A stretch of DNA of 64,000 nucleotides from NCBI GenBank assembly GCA_963664225.1, contig OY760937.1, positions 5,632,001 to 5,696,000 on the forward strand, in the 5' to 3' direction. The stretch's first letter is position 1. The number at the start of each line of letters is the position of its first letter. The notes under the pieces were generated by a model. The model saw nothing but the letters and a program-made list of their open reading frames with translations, was not told the DNA's origin and ran no database searches. Made by a program: the position numbers and the translations under genes. This stretch comes from Verrucomicrobiia bacterium (GTDB lineage Bacteria > Verrucomicrobiota > Verrucomicrobiia > Limisphaerales > UBA1319). This document shows, one piece after another, positions 38,690 to 48,630 of this stretch.

Positions 38690-39898
38690 ATGAATGCATT
38701 AAGTACTGTTATTTTAAAGCCTGGTGAAGCGGATCGTGTTTTGGCAGGGCACCCATGGATCTATCAAGGCGCCATTCTTCGGGTAACTCAGGCGGTTGAG
38801 GATGGAGGTGTGGTTCAGGTTAAAGACCACCGTCAGCGCCTTTTGGGCACTGGCTTCTTTAATTCCAAATCCAAAATCAATGTTCGTCTGCTGTCGGAGG
38901 AGCGCGTCGAAATCAACGAGGCCTTTTTTGAGACCCGTATCCGCGCCGCGCTGGCCTTGCGCCAACGGCATCTACCTGGCGCCACCTCTTTCCGACTCGT
39001 CAATGCCGAGAGCGATTTTCTAAGTGGTTTGATCGTGGACAAATACGAAGACGTTCTGGTGCTGCAAACCTCCTCATTGGGGATGGATCAGCGCAAGACG
39101 ATGATAGTTGCGGTGCTGCAAAAAATCCTTTCTCCGCGTGCGATTCTCGAGCGCAACGACATCGGATCGCGAAAATTCGAAGGCCTTCCCGAGGTGCGCG
39201 GCATCCTTGCCGGATCGTTGGGCGAAGGTGATGCCACGCTTTATCCGAAGATTAACGGATTGAAGTTCGCAATGGATGCGCTGGGTGGCCATAAAACCGG
39301 CCTTTATCTGGACCAACAGGTAAATTACCAGAAGGTTTCCGAATATGCCCGAGGCGGCCAGGTCCTCGATTGCTTTTGCTTCATGGGCGGATTCGGCCTT
39401 CACGCCATCAGGGCCGGTGCGCAAAGCGTCCATTTCCTGGATCAGAGTGAGGATGCCATCAAATCGGCAACTGATAACTGCAAAGCAAATGGCTTGGAGA
39501 AGGGCGCTTCTTTTGAGACCACGAATGTGTTCGATTGGCTTAAGACTCGCACCACAGTGGCTCCGCACGAGAAACTGGTTCCCCATTTCGATCTCATAGT
39601 GCTGGATCCTCCTTCGTTCACTCGCAATCGCGCATCGATTCCAGATGCTCTACGGGGCTACAAGGAAATTCATTTGCGGGCCATGAAGCTGCTCAAATCC
39701 GGTGGCACACTGGCTACGTTTTGCTGCTCGCACCATGTCAACGCCCAGGTCTTTCAAGAGGTGATTTTGGACGCCGCCTTTGATGCCCGACGGGTCTTGC
39801 GGCGCGTGGCCACATTCAGTCAGTCTCCGGATCATCCCATCATTCCTTCCATTCCAGAGACGGAATACCTGAAGGGATATGCCTTCGAATTGGTTTAG
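38690..39898 (+). CDS. RlmI-family PUA + class I SAM-dependent rRNA methyltransferase
   Basis: GHPWIY, RLVNAESD..GLIVD, GHKTGLYLDQ, LDCFCFMGGF, LDPP, ETEYLK. Confidence 0.9.
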   Translation: MNALSTVILKPGEADRVLAGHPWIYQGAILRVTQAVEDGGVVQVKDHRQRLLGTGFFNSKSKINVRLLSEERVEINEAFFETRIRAALALRQRHLPGATSFRLVNAESDFLSGLIVDKYEDVLVLQTSSLGMDQRKTMIVAVLQKILSPRAILERNDIGSRKFEGLPEVRGILAGSLGEGDATLYPKINGLKFAMDALGGHKTGLYLDQQVNYQKVSEYARGGQVLDCFCFMGGFGLHAIRAGAQSVHFLDQSEDAIKSATDNCKANGLEKGASFETTNVFDWLKTRTTVAPHEKLVPHFDLIVLDPPSFTRNRASIPDALRGYKEIHLRAMKLLKSGGTLATFCCSHHVNAQVFQEVILDAAFDARRVLRRVATFSQSPDHPIIPSIPETEYLKGYAFELV

Positions 39899-39933
39899 TT
39901 TTGGTGATTTTCCGAACGCTGGAAACCAACAGT

Positions 39934-39967
39934 AAAAAGGGCGCCGTCAATCGACGGCGCCATTTTT
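39934..39967. terminator. Bidirectional intrinsic terminator
   Basis: AAAAA-G-GGCGCCGTC-aatc-GACGGCGCC-A-TTTTT between convergent genes. Confidence 0.8.
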
Positions 39968-39986
39968 CATATAGCAAGAAGGCCGC

Positions 39987-41336
39987 TTAAAAGGCCTGGG
40001 TTTTTCCAGGCATGGCGATGGGGTAATGCCCATTGGCGTCGGGCATGACAGGGGCGGTGGAATCCATATTCAGGCCCTCCAGACCGGGGGCGAGGGTGAT
40101 ATTCGAATTGATGGCTTCATCCCAGGTAATCAGTCTTCCTGATTCGGTGGCCATGCGTCCCATGATTGCGGTCATGCAGGATTTGGCGCACCTTTCGGCT
40201 TCATTATAGGGTTTGTCATTGCGGATGGCATCAAAAAACAAGTCATGCTCCACCTGGTAGGGATTGGCTTCCTGCCCGTCATAATTCCAGAGCAGATTGG
40301 CAGGCGTTTGCTGGTGTCCCTTGTAAATGCGTGGTTTTGTCACGCCTTCGCCCAATACCGCCGAGCCTTTGGCCCCGTGAATGATATCGCCGAAAAACTC
40401 CCAGCAATTGGTCTGATGCCGACCTTGCGCAAACATCCGGGTGCCATCGGCGAAGTGGTATTCGGCCGCGTAGTGATCGAATAATTGGTCCGCTTCATCG
40501 CGCACCTGACGTCCGCCCTGGCCTTGAACCTCCACAGGCCAGGCGTTCTTAACCCAGCAGCAGACATCAATGTTGTGGATGAGCCAATCCACGATAAAGC
40601 TCCCGTTTAACCATGTAAAATTGCTGTAATTGCGTATTTGGTAGGCCAGTTCGTTCATGCCATTCTGGCGGGGACTGACTCCCACGGGCCCGTGCTCGCG
40701 ATAGGCCCAGCAGGTGATGATTTCGCCGATCAAGCCCTCATGGATTTTGTCGATGGCCTCAGCCAGGGGCAAATTATGGCGGCACATCAAACCGCCAGCC
40801 ACTTTAATGTTTTTCTCTTTGGCCAGCTCCCCCGTGTGTATCACACGGCGAATACCGGGAGCGTCCACGGCGAAGGATTTTTCCATGAAGACGTTGATTC
40901 CTTTCTGCACCGCGTATTCAAAATGGATGGGGCGAAAGGCCGGGGGAGTGGTCAACAGAACCACGTCGCCCTTATCGAGGCTGTCGATCGCTTTCTTGAA
41001 AGCGTCCATTCCAATGAATTGTCGATCTTTTGGAACATCGATTTGTTTGGAGAATTGGCCGGCAAGCTGTTTCAGGCTGCCCTCCATTCTGTCGGGAAAA
41101 ACATCCGCCACCGCGTGCAGTTTAGTGGGGCCTTTGGTGGAGAGCGCATTGACCGCAGCGCCAGTGCCACGCCCGCCACAGCCCACCAGGGCGATTTTGA
41201 TCGCATTGTCTTCGGCGGCATAGCCGGGCCGGGCCATGGCGCCCACCAAAGTCACACCAGCGGCGACTTTGGAAGTGGTCTTGAGAAACTCACGACGGGT
41301 TTGCTGGCCAGTCGCCAATGTGGGATCGGTTTTCAT
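39987..41336 (-). CDS. Tat-exported Gfo/Idh/MocA family oxidoreductase
   Basis: TRREFLK; VGCGGRGTGA; TPPAFR; FMEKS; IHNID; start placed at MKTDP. Confidence 0.9.
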   Translation of the reverse strand: MKTDPTLATGQQTRREFLKTTSKVAAGVTLVGAMARPGYAAEDNAIKIALVGCGGRGTGAAVNALSTKGPTKLHAVADVFPDRMEGSLKQLAGQFSKQIDVPKDRQFIGMDAFKKAIDSLDKGDVVLLTTPPAFRPIHFEYAVQKGINVFMEKSFAVDAPGIRRVIHTGELAKEKNIKVAGGLMCRHNLPLAEAIDKIHEGLIGEIITCWAYREHGPVGVSPRQNGMNELAYQIRNYSNFTWLNGSFIVDWLIHNIDVCCWVKNAWPVEVQGQGGRQVRDEADQLFDHYAAEYHFADGTRMFAQGRHQTNCWEFFGDIIHGAKGSAVLGEGVTKPRIYKGHQQTPANLLWNYDGQEANPYQVEHDLFFDAIRNDKPYNEAERCAKSCMTAIMGRMATESGRLITWDEAINSNITLAPGLEGLNMDSTAPVMPDANGHYPIAMPGKTQAF

Positions 41337-41696
41337 GATATGGAATGGTTTGGAATGTTTTTCAATGGCTTCGGTAAATTTATGGGCTGAACCGCACACG
41401 TATTCAAGTCAGTATTTTCGCACCCGACCTTGGCGATGACGTGCATTTGTTCGATTAATAATGTGCGGGTTAATGATCTTTGAAAACCGGGTCGTGAGGG
41501 AGTTTTGTTTTTGCGCCTAAAGTAAAAATGAACATCTCACATACACCGCCGCAGGATCCGACAAGATGTCCCCGCGCCACATTTGAGGGCAAAAATCGGC
41601 ATCAATATTGAAGGGGAGAAAAGCTGGCCTTTCCAAAGTGTTGTGGCATGGTAACGATCAAGATCGAACGATTTAATTCAACAAATATAAAATCGG

Positions 41697-43259
41697 ATGA
41701 GAACTGACATTGGAGGGGCGCAAAAACGGGCGGGGAACCCCTGTTTTGCCTGGGGGCGAATCGGGTTGCGGGATGTATTATGGCTCTGGCTTTTGGGGAT
41801 GGCATTTGGTGTCCACGCGCAATTCGATGAGATTCAATCACGCATCTCCGAGTTCGTGCTGGATAATGGCATGAAATTCATCGTTCTGGAGCGGCATCAG
41901 GCTCCGGTGGTTTCCTTTTACACTTACGCGGATGTTGGCTCGGCTCAAGAGGTGGAAGGCACCACCGGATTGGCGCATCTTTTCGAGCACATGGCATTCA
42001 AGGGAAGCCAGAAAATTGGGACCAGGGATTATGAAAAGGAGCAATCAGCCCTTGCGAAGGAAGATGCGGCCTATGCGGCTTTTTCGGCAGCGCGCCGACA
42101 GGGGGCGTCAACGGAGGTTTTGAAGCCGCTTGAGGAGGCGTTTCAAGCGGCACAGGCCGAGGCGGGAAAATGGGTGGTCAAGGGTGAATTTGACGAGGCG
42201 GTGGAACGCGCGGGGGGCAGGGGACTTAACGCCAACACGGCTTCAGACCGAACCGTCTTTTTTTTCAGTCTGCCTTCCAATGAGTCGGAACTCTGGTTTT
42301 ATTTGGATTCGGAACGGTTTTATGAGCCGGTGCTGCGCGAATTTTACAAGGAACGCGATGTCGTGATGGAGGAACGGCGCCTGAGTGTGGAAGGCAATCC
42401 CATTGGAAAACTGATCGAGGAGTTTTTGTCTGTTGCCTACAAGGCGCACTCCTATAAATCACCGACCATCGGATACATGAGCGATTTGCAGAATCTCACG
42501 CGCGGTGATGCCCGGGATTTCTTCAGCAAATACTATGTTCCCAGCAATTTGACGGCGGTGGTTGTGGGAGATGTGGATGCCCCCCGGATACGGGCGCTTG
42601 CGGAAACCTATTTTGGGAGAATTCCCCGAAAACCAGCTCCAGAGCCTTTGCGGACCGTTGAGCCGCCACAAGCGGGTGAACGCTCTTTCAAACTGCGTCT
42701 GCAATCCCAGCGGGTCAGCCTGGTTGGCTATCACAAGCCGGGCATTCAGCATCCGGATAACGCGGTTTATGATGCCTTGGGCAGCTTGTTGAGCGAGGGC
42801 CGCTCCTCCCGTTTATATCGAAGCCTGGTGCGCGATCAGAAAATCGCGGTCGAAGCCGGAGGATTCTCGGGATTCCCGGGCCAAAAATATCCAGGAGTGT
42901 TTTTGTTTTATGCCTTTACTGCTCCCGGGCACGAAAATGCGGAGGTGGAAAAGGCTTTGGATGGTGAGATCGAGAGGCTATGCAAGGAATTGGTGTCTGC
43001 GGAGGAGTTGGACGGGGTTAAGAGACGCGCACGCGCCAATCTGTTGCGTCAATTGGATGACAACGCCGGACTGGCCATGCAACTGGCGGATTGGCAGGGG
43101 TTGACGGGGGATTGGCATAATCTGTTTCGGCAACTGGACAAGATCAATGCGGTGACGCCTGCCGACATACAACGTGTGGCCAAGGCAACGTTCAAGGAAA
43201 TCAATCGCACGGTCGGCACGATAGAACCAGCGCAGCCCAATGCGGAATCGGCACAATAA
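41697..43259 (+). CDS. M16 zinc peptidase, catalytic subunit (exported)
   Basis: GLAHLFEHMAFKG (HXXEH), NANT, ERDVVMEERR; signal-like N-terminus. Confidence 0.92.
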   Translation: MRTDIGGAQKRAGNPCFAWGRIGLRDVLWLWLLGMAFGVHAQFDEIQSRISEFVLDNGMKFIVLERHQAPVVSFYTYADVGSAQEVEGTTGLAHLFEHMAFKGSQKIGTRDYEKEQSALAKEDAAYAAFSAARRQGASTEVLKPLEEAFQAAQAEAGKWVVKGEFDEAVERAGGRGLNANTASDRTVFFFSLPSNESELWFYLDSERFYEPVLREFYKERDVVMEERRLSVEGNPIGKLIEEFLSVAYKAHSYKSPTIGYMSDLQNLTRGDARDFFSKYYVPSNLTAVVVGDVDAPRIRALAETYFGRIPRKPAPEPLRTVEPPQAGERSFKLRLQSQRVSLVGYHKPGIQHPDNAVYDALGSLLSEGRSSRLYRSLVRDQKIAVEAGGFSGFPGQKYPGVFLFYAFTAPGHENAEVEKALDGEIERLCKELVSAEELDGVKRRARANLLRQLDDNAGLAMQLADWQGLTGDWHNLFRQLDKINAVTPADIQRVAKATFKEINRTVGTIEPAQPNAESAQ

Positions 43260-43276
43260 TGGGAAGGAGAGATTTG

Positions 43277-44770
43277 ATGAAAACATTACATTCTTTTATG
43301 GGGCAGACCATCGGGCGCTACGCTTTGGCGTTTCTTTGTGTTGGGATTGTCGTTGCAGCGATACCTGTCAGAGCCGAAAAACCCGTCGATTCGTACAAGG
43401 ATCTGCAATATCCGCCTCTGAATAATCTGCAGATACCCCAACCCAACCGCATCGAATTGGGCAATGGAATCGTACTGTTTTTGATCGAGGATCACGAGTT
43501 GCCGATGGTCAATGTTTCGGTGTTGATCCGGGGTGGGACACGGAGCGAACCGGTGGCCAAAGCAGGCGTGGCTGATTTGTGCGGAACGGTGATGCGCACC
43601 GGGGGGACGGCGAGCCGCCCGGGTGACAAGCTGGACGAGGAATTGGACCGATTGGGAGCGGCGGTCGAGACGGGCATGAGCGACGACCTGGGCTCGGCAA
43701 GTGTATCCGTTCTGAAGGAAGACACAGACAAGGGACTGGCGATCCTGTCCGATCTATTGCAGAATCCCGCCTTTCCTGAGGAGAAAATTGAACTCGCGAA
43801 GATTGGTATCCGGGATTCAATTGCGCGCCGCAATGACAATCCTGGCGGGATCGTTTTTCGCGAGTTTGAACGTATTCTTTTTGGAACAAACTCGGCTTAC
43901 GGTCACCAGCCGGAATACGCCACCGTGGATTCCATCAAGCGCGACGATTTGATCGCATTTTACAAACAGTTTTACCAACCGGAGAATTTGATCGTGGGAG
44001 TCTGGGGTGATTTCAAAGCCTCTGAAATGCAGGCAAAAATCGAAGGAACACTAGGAGCGTGGAAAAAAGGAGGGAATCCAAAGCCTGCAATTCCAGCCGT
44101 GGACACCGCCGTGGAACGGTCCGGGACTTATTACATCGGCAAAGAGGACATCAATCAGACCTGGATAGTGGTGGGGCATTTGGGCGGCCAAAGGAACGAC
44201 CCCGATTATTATGCGCTAAACTTAATGAATCGCATCCTGGGCGGCAGCATGGCCTCGCGCATGTTCAGCAACATCCGTTCGGACATGGGACTGGCCTATA
44301 ATATCCGTTCCATTTGGAACGCCGAATGGGATCATCCGGGCGAGTTTATCGCCAGCGGCAGCACAAAAGCAGGAACGACCGTCAAGATGTTGAACGCCAT
44401 GAAGCATGAGATTCAGCGATTGACTGAGGAAGAGGTGACCGATGAGGAATTGTCACGCGCCAAGGACGGTGTCCTTAAGGGATTCGCTTTTGAGTTTGAT
44501 TCCACAGGCAAGGTGGTGCAGCGAATGATGAATTACGAGTTCTACGGGTATCCACACGATTACCTTCAACGCTTCCGTGAGAATATCGAAAAAGTCAGCC
44601 GGGCCGATATTCTGAACGCGGCTAAAAAACATCTTCATCCCGATCAATCGATCCAATTGCTTTTGGGCCGGGAAAAGGATTTTGACCAGCCGCTGTCAAC
44701 TCTGGGGAAAGTCACTCCGGTGGATATCACAATTCCCGGAGCGCCAGAGGCTGATTCTACGAATAAATAG
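43277..44770 (+). CDS. M16 peptidase-like partner subunit lacking HXXEH
   Basis: L.NG...EDHELP, ILGG..SR.F..IR...GLAY; AGGAG RBS before MKTLH; adjacent to catalytic subunit. Confidence 0.88.
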   Translation: MKTLHSFMGQTIGRYALAFLCVGIVVAAIPVRAEKPVDSYKDLQYPPLNNLQIPQPNRIELGNGIVLFLIEDHELPMVNVSVLIRGGTRSEPVAKAGVADLCGTVMRTGGTASRPGDKLDEELDRLGAAVETGMSDDLGSASVSVLKEDTDKGLAILSDLLQNPAFPEEKIELAKIGIRDSIARRNDNPGGIVFREFERILFGTNSAYGHQPEYATVDSIKRDDLIAFYKQFYQPENLIVGVWGDFKASEMQAKIEGTLGAWKKGGNPKPAIPAVDTAVERSGTYYIGKEDINQTWIVVGHLGGQRNDPDYYALNLMNRILGGSMASRMFSNIRSDMGLAYNIRSIWNAEWDHPGEFIASGSTKAGTTVKMLNAMKHEIQRLTEEEVTDEELSRAKDGVLKGFAFEFDSTGKVVQRMMNYEFYGYPHDYLQRFRENIEKVSRADILNAAKKHLHPDQSIQLLLGREKDFDQPLSTLGKVTPVDITIPGAPEADSTNK

Positions 44771-44932
44771 GTGGAGTTGGCATCGCGAACGGAATGCTTG
44801 ACCTCTTGAATTCAATCCTATTCCAAAGGTTTCCAATTTGACGGCGTTGGAACTCTGAGGTTTATTCGTGAATGGTCTAAATCTCAGGTATGCCGGATTG
44901 GTTGCACGGCCTGACAGTGGACTGTGCTGCCG

Positions 44933-45715
44933 ATGAACGAAAACAAGCCGATGATATTGTTGTGCCGCTGCTCCCGCGGCGATGTCTCCCATGCGCAAGC
45001 TCAGGAACGCATGGCTCGCGCCCTTGAAGCGGCGCAACTGACTTTCCTGACTGTCGATGATTTGTGCGGACTGGCCGCACTCAAGGATCCTGTTTTGCGC
45101 GAGGTATTGGACAATCATTCCACGACCGTTCTGGCGTGCCATCCCCGCGCCGTTAATTGGTTGATTCGTTCGAGTGGTTCCCAAGCCAATCGAGCCACTC
45201 TTTTAAATTCGCGCGATGAGGCGGCCGAGCCAATTGTCGCACGCCTTCTTGAAACGGGTCTTCCTTCCGGCGATTTCACCTCAATTGTATTCAAGAAAGC
45301 CGGCGAATGGGTTCCATGGTTTCCGGTGATCGACTATGATCGCTGCAAGAATTGCAAACAATGTTTGAGCTTTTGCCTCTTCGGAGTATATGGGTTGGAT
45401 GCGGAGGGTCGTGTATCGGTGGCTAATCCCCAAGGGTGCAAGACCAATTGTCCGGCCTGCGCACGGATTTGCCCTGACGTTGCCATTATTTTTCCGAAAT
45501 ACAACCAGGCGCCAATCAACGGTGCTCCCATCGTGGACGAAAGCTCCGAGCGAGCGAAGGTCAAAGTCAATGTTCAGGAAATTCTGGGCTCTGACATTTA
45601 TGGGGCGTTATCGGAACGCAAGAAGAAAGCCCGGTCTCTGCTGGTCAAGAAATCAGCCAGTCCTGGCGGCCTTGATTTGAACGCACATCAGCCTGCATCG
45701 CCACTCAAACCCTGA
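44933..45715 (+). CDS. 2x[4Fe-4S] ferredoxin-domain protein with Cys-containing N-terminal domain
   Basis: CKNCKQCLSFC and CKTNCPACARICP; N-terminal CRC, DLC, ACHPR. Confidence 0.85.
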   Translation: MNENKPMILLCRCSRGDVSHAQAQERMARALEAAQLTFLTVDDLCGLAALKDPVLREVLDNHSTTVLACHPRAVNWLIRSSGSQANRATLLNSRDEAAEPIVARLLETGLPSGDFTSIVFKKAGEWVPWFPVIDYDRCKNCKQCLSFCLFGVYGLDAEGRVSVANPQGCKTNCPACARICPDVAIIFPKYNQAPINGAPIVDESSERAKVKVNVQEILGSDIYGALSERKKKARSLLVKKSASPGGLDLNAHQPASPLKP

Positions 45716-45723
45716 TATTGTCC

Positions 45724-46917
45724 ATGATGCTCCAATTGGCCCGCCGGTTTCTTACCGAACCTGACAAACGTTTGCTTGCGAAACTGGCATGGAATTGCGG
45801 ATGGAAAGGCATGCTGGCCATCAACGCTTTCAATCGGCGTCGCAAACGGGGCGTTTATTTTCCGGCCTTTGTTTTTTTATCGGTGACCAACAAGTGCAAT
45901 CTACACTGTCAAGGTTGCTGGGTTTCAGTGAATAGTCCGCCCCGGGTGTTGGATGGTGGGACTCTTGATCGCGTGGTTACAGAATGCAAGGCGCAGGGGG
46001 CTTCGTTTTTCGGAATTCTTGGGGGTGAGCCATTACTGCACCCGGAAATCTTCGACGTGATCTCCAGACATGGAGACTGCTATTTTCAACTCTTCACCAA
46101 TGGAACTTTATTGACGGATGAGGTGGCTGCGAAATTGAGGCGGTTGGGCAATGTCACGCCTTTGATCAGTGTCGAGGGCAGCGAGCAGGTCAGCGACGAA
46201 CGACGGGGTGGCAATGAAGTCTATCGCAGGTCAATGAGCGGGATTGATGCCTGTCGGCGCAACCGGCTCTTTTTCGGCGTGGCCACGAGCGTTTGCCGGT
46301 CGAACTTTTCAGATTTGGTTTCGCGCAAATTTGTCGATGAATTGATTGCGCGTGGAGCGCATTATTTGTGGTATTACATCTACAGGCCCGTGGGGGCGGA
46401 TCCTTCCCCGGAATTGGCGCTTTCAGAAAATGAAATTGTGGAATTGCGTCAGTTCATGGTTAACATCCGGGCAGAGGCGCCCATTGTGGTGGTGGATGCC
46501 TATTGGGATCACGAAGGGCGCGCCTTGTGTCCGGCAGCCACGGGCATCAGTCATCACATCGGTCCGGGCGGGGATGTCGAGCCGTGCCCGGTGGTCCAGT
46601 TCGCGCGGGAAAATATTGGTGACGGCTCGCAAATGGTGAAACAAATCACCGAGTCCAAGTTCCTTGAGCGGTTCAGGGAATTTTCCAGCAGTGCAACGCG
46701 TGGCTGCGTTCTCATGGATCATCCAGAGGCGTTGCGGCAGTTCTTGATCGAGCAAAACGCAAAGGACACGACAGGTCGAGGTACCGGACTCAAGGAGTTG
46801 GCAGGAATGGCAACGCTACCCTGCCATCACGTTCCGGGTCGTGAAATTCCTGAAAAGCAGTGGATGTATCGGTTTGCCAAGAAACACTGGTTCTTTGGTT
46901 TCGGGGCCTATGGATGA
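45724..46917 (+). CDS. Radical SAM protein with SPASM/twitch-like C-terminus
   Basis: CNLHCQGC, GGEP, FTNG, ISVEG; CPA..HIGPGGDVEPCP. Confidence 0.92.
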   Translation: MMLQLARRFLTEPDKRLLAKLAWNCGWKGMLAINAFNRRRKRGVYFPAFVFLSVTNKCNLHCQGCWVSVNSPPRVLDGGTLDRVVTECKAQGASFFGILGGEPLLHPEIFDVISRHGDCYFQLFTNGTLLTDEVAAKLRRLGNVTPLISVEGSEQVSDERRGGNEVYRRSMSGIDACRRNRLFFGVATSVCRSNFSDLVSRKFVDELIARGAHYLWYYIYRPVGADPSPELALSENEIVELRQFMVNIRAEAPIVVVDAYWDHEGRALCPAATGISHHIGPGGDVEPCPVVQFARENIGDGSQMVKQITESKFLERFREFSSSATRGCVLMDHPEALRQFLIEQNAKDTTGRGTGLKELAGMATLPCHHVPGREIPEKQWMYRFAKKHWFFGFGAYG

Positions 46918-46963
46918 GGCATTGAATACAGCACATGATTTCCTATAGATTTCAAAGATCGTG

Positions 46964-48625
46964 ATGACGCCAAAAACATCTCCGCGCAAGCGTCTGGCAC
47001 AGGATGCTTCGGCATCGCATCACCCGCGAGAGGAGGGAAACTACGGCGTGCCCGCGCAAAAATCGGTGCGGGAGGCGGTGCGCGCATCCGTCCGTCAATA
47101 CGTGCGTCAATTGGAATTGGTGCCACCCTTATCAATGGAGGAATTGCGGGAGCATACAGACGCCCTATTGCAGAACAACGGCCTCGACCATGTCTATCGG
47201 GATTTTATCACTGTATTGGTGGGAAATGAAGTGTGGTGGAATACGATGGCGGGCATTCCATTTGAACGGCGCGTTTTAATGCTGCCGCAATGCCTGAGGA
47301 TCAAATCGGATTGTCCGGCGGTCATGGACGAATTGGGATTGTTATGCGAGCAATGCGGGCAATGCCCCACCGGGGACATTCAAGAGGAGGCCGAAGACTT
47401 GGGCTATGTGGTTCTGGTGGCGGAGGGAACCACCGTGGTGACCAAATTGCTTGAGCAAGGCAAAGTGGACGCGGTCATCGGCATCAGTTGCCTGTCGGTT
47501 CTCGAGCGCGCCTTTCCTCATATGGCCACACATGCGATCCCCGGAATTGCCATTCCCCTGGTTCGCGATGGTTGTGAAAACACCCAGGCGGATTTGGACT
47601 GGGTGCGGGAGGCGATCCATTTGAAGTCCGATGCCCGGTGGCTTGGACGCATCGACATCGAGCGACTGCGGATCGAGGTCGAGACCTGGTTCATGCCGCA
47701 CGCATTGCGGCCGTTGATTTGCCGCGAGGGAACAGAGACCGAAGATATTGCGCTTGATTGGCTCGCGGTTTCGGGCAAGAGGTGGCGCCCGGTTCTGGCT
47801 GCTTGTGTTTATAAGGCGCTGTCGGTCGAGGAGGAAGGTCAACCGGCGGAAAATATTCACAAGCTGGCAGTTGCCATGGAATGTTTTCATAAGGCCTCGC
47901 TGGTGCATGACGACATCGAAGATGAAGACGAGTTGCGGTATGGGAAGGAAACACTTCACAAGCGCCACGGAATACCCATAGCCCTGAATGTCGGCGACTT
48001 GTTGCTGGGCGAGGGTTACCGGTTGGTTGCGGAGTGTGGGGCCTCGCCTGCCCAGACGGCAACCATGCTGGGCGTTGTAGCGGAGGCTCATCGCAATTTG
48101 TGCCTCGGACAGGGTGAAGAGCTGTGTTGGATGCGCAATCCAACGGCCCTGTCATCGCGCAAGGTTCTCGATTTATTTCGACGGAAAACAGCGCCTGCGT
48201 TTGAAGTGGCGCTTCGGCTTGGGGCCATTCGCGCCGATGCCGGAAACGAGGTTGGGAGCGTGTTAAAAGCCTACAGTGAATCTCTGGGCATCGCTTTCCA
48301 AATACGCGATGACCTGGAGGACTTTTCCGGCAAGGACAATGACACCGAAGCGATGCGCCCTTCGATTCTTCACGCACTTGCTTACGAGAGCGCCACAGTT
48401 GCCATGCGGGATGTGTTGGAAGCCGCATGGAAGGATGGCAGGAACGCTGGAACTCAAAACGCCACGGTGCGGGAGTTGATGATGAACGAGCGGGCTGAGG
48501 AAAAGGCGCGTCAGTTGCTTGAGCATTACAAGAATGAGGCAATTCGCTCGCTGGGGCCATTGCGAAACGCTCAACTAAAAAGCCTTTTGCGTCGCGTGGT
48601 TGGAAAAATCGTTGGGTCGATTTAA
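46964..48625 (+). CDS. DUF116-like Cys-rich domain fused to trans-polyprenyl diphosphate synthase
   Basis: RRVLMLPQCLR..CPA..CEQCGQC..AEGT..GISC..GC; then GKRWRP, HDDIED..LRYG (FARM), GQ, KT, FQIRDDLED (SARM). Confidence 0.88.
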   Translation: MTPKTSPRKRLAQDASASHHPREEGNYGVPAQKSVREAVRASVRQYVRQLELVPPLSMEELREHTDALLQNNGLDHVYRDFITVLVGNEVWWNTMAGIPFERRVLMLPQCLRIKSDCPAVMDELGLLCEQCGQCPTGDIQEEAEDLGYVVLVAEGTTVVTKLLEQGKVDAVIGISCLSVLERAFPHMATHAIPGIAIPLVRDGCENTQADLDWVREAIHLKSDARWLGRIDIERLRIEVETWFMPHALRPLICREGTETEDIALDWLAVSGKRWRPVLAACVYKALSVEEEGQPAENIHKLAVAMECFHKASLVHDDIEDEDELRYGKETLHKRHGIPIALNVGDLLLGEGYRLVAECGASPAQTATMLGVVAEAHRNLCLGQGEELCWMRNPTALSSRKVLDLFRRKTAPAFEVALRLGAIRADAGNEVGSVLKAYSESLGIAFQIRDDLEDFSGKDNDTEAMRPSILHALAYESATVAMRDVLEAAWKDGRNAGTQNATVRELMMNERAEEKARQLLEHYKNEAIRSLGPLRNAQLKSLLRRVVGKIVGSI

Positions 48626-48630
48626 GAGTC

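Noticed and set aside
41400..41696. Intergenic gap as ncRNA/riboswitch or 27-aa ORF (MNISHTPP..)
   Set aside because: No recognisable RNA consensus or coding signal; consistent with divergent promoters
41697..44770. M16 peptidase pair as part of a RiPP pathway with the radical SAM
   Set aside because: Peptidases appear exported, no precursor peptide found, ~160 bp gap, and neighbours point to isoprenoid chemistry
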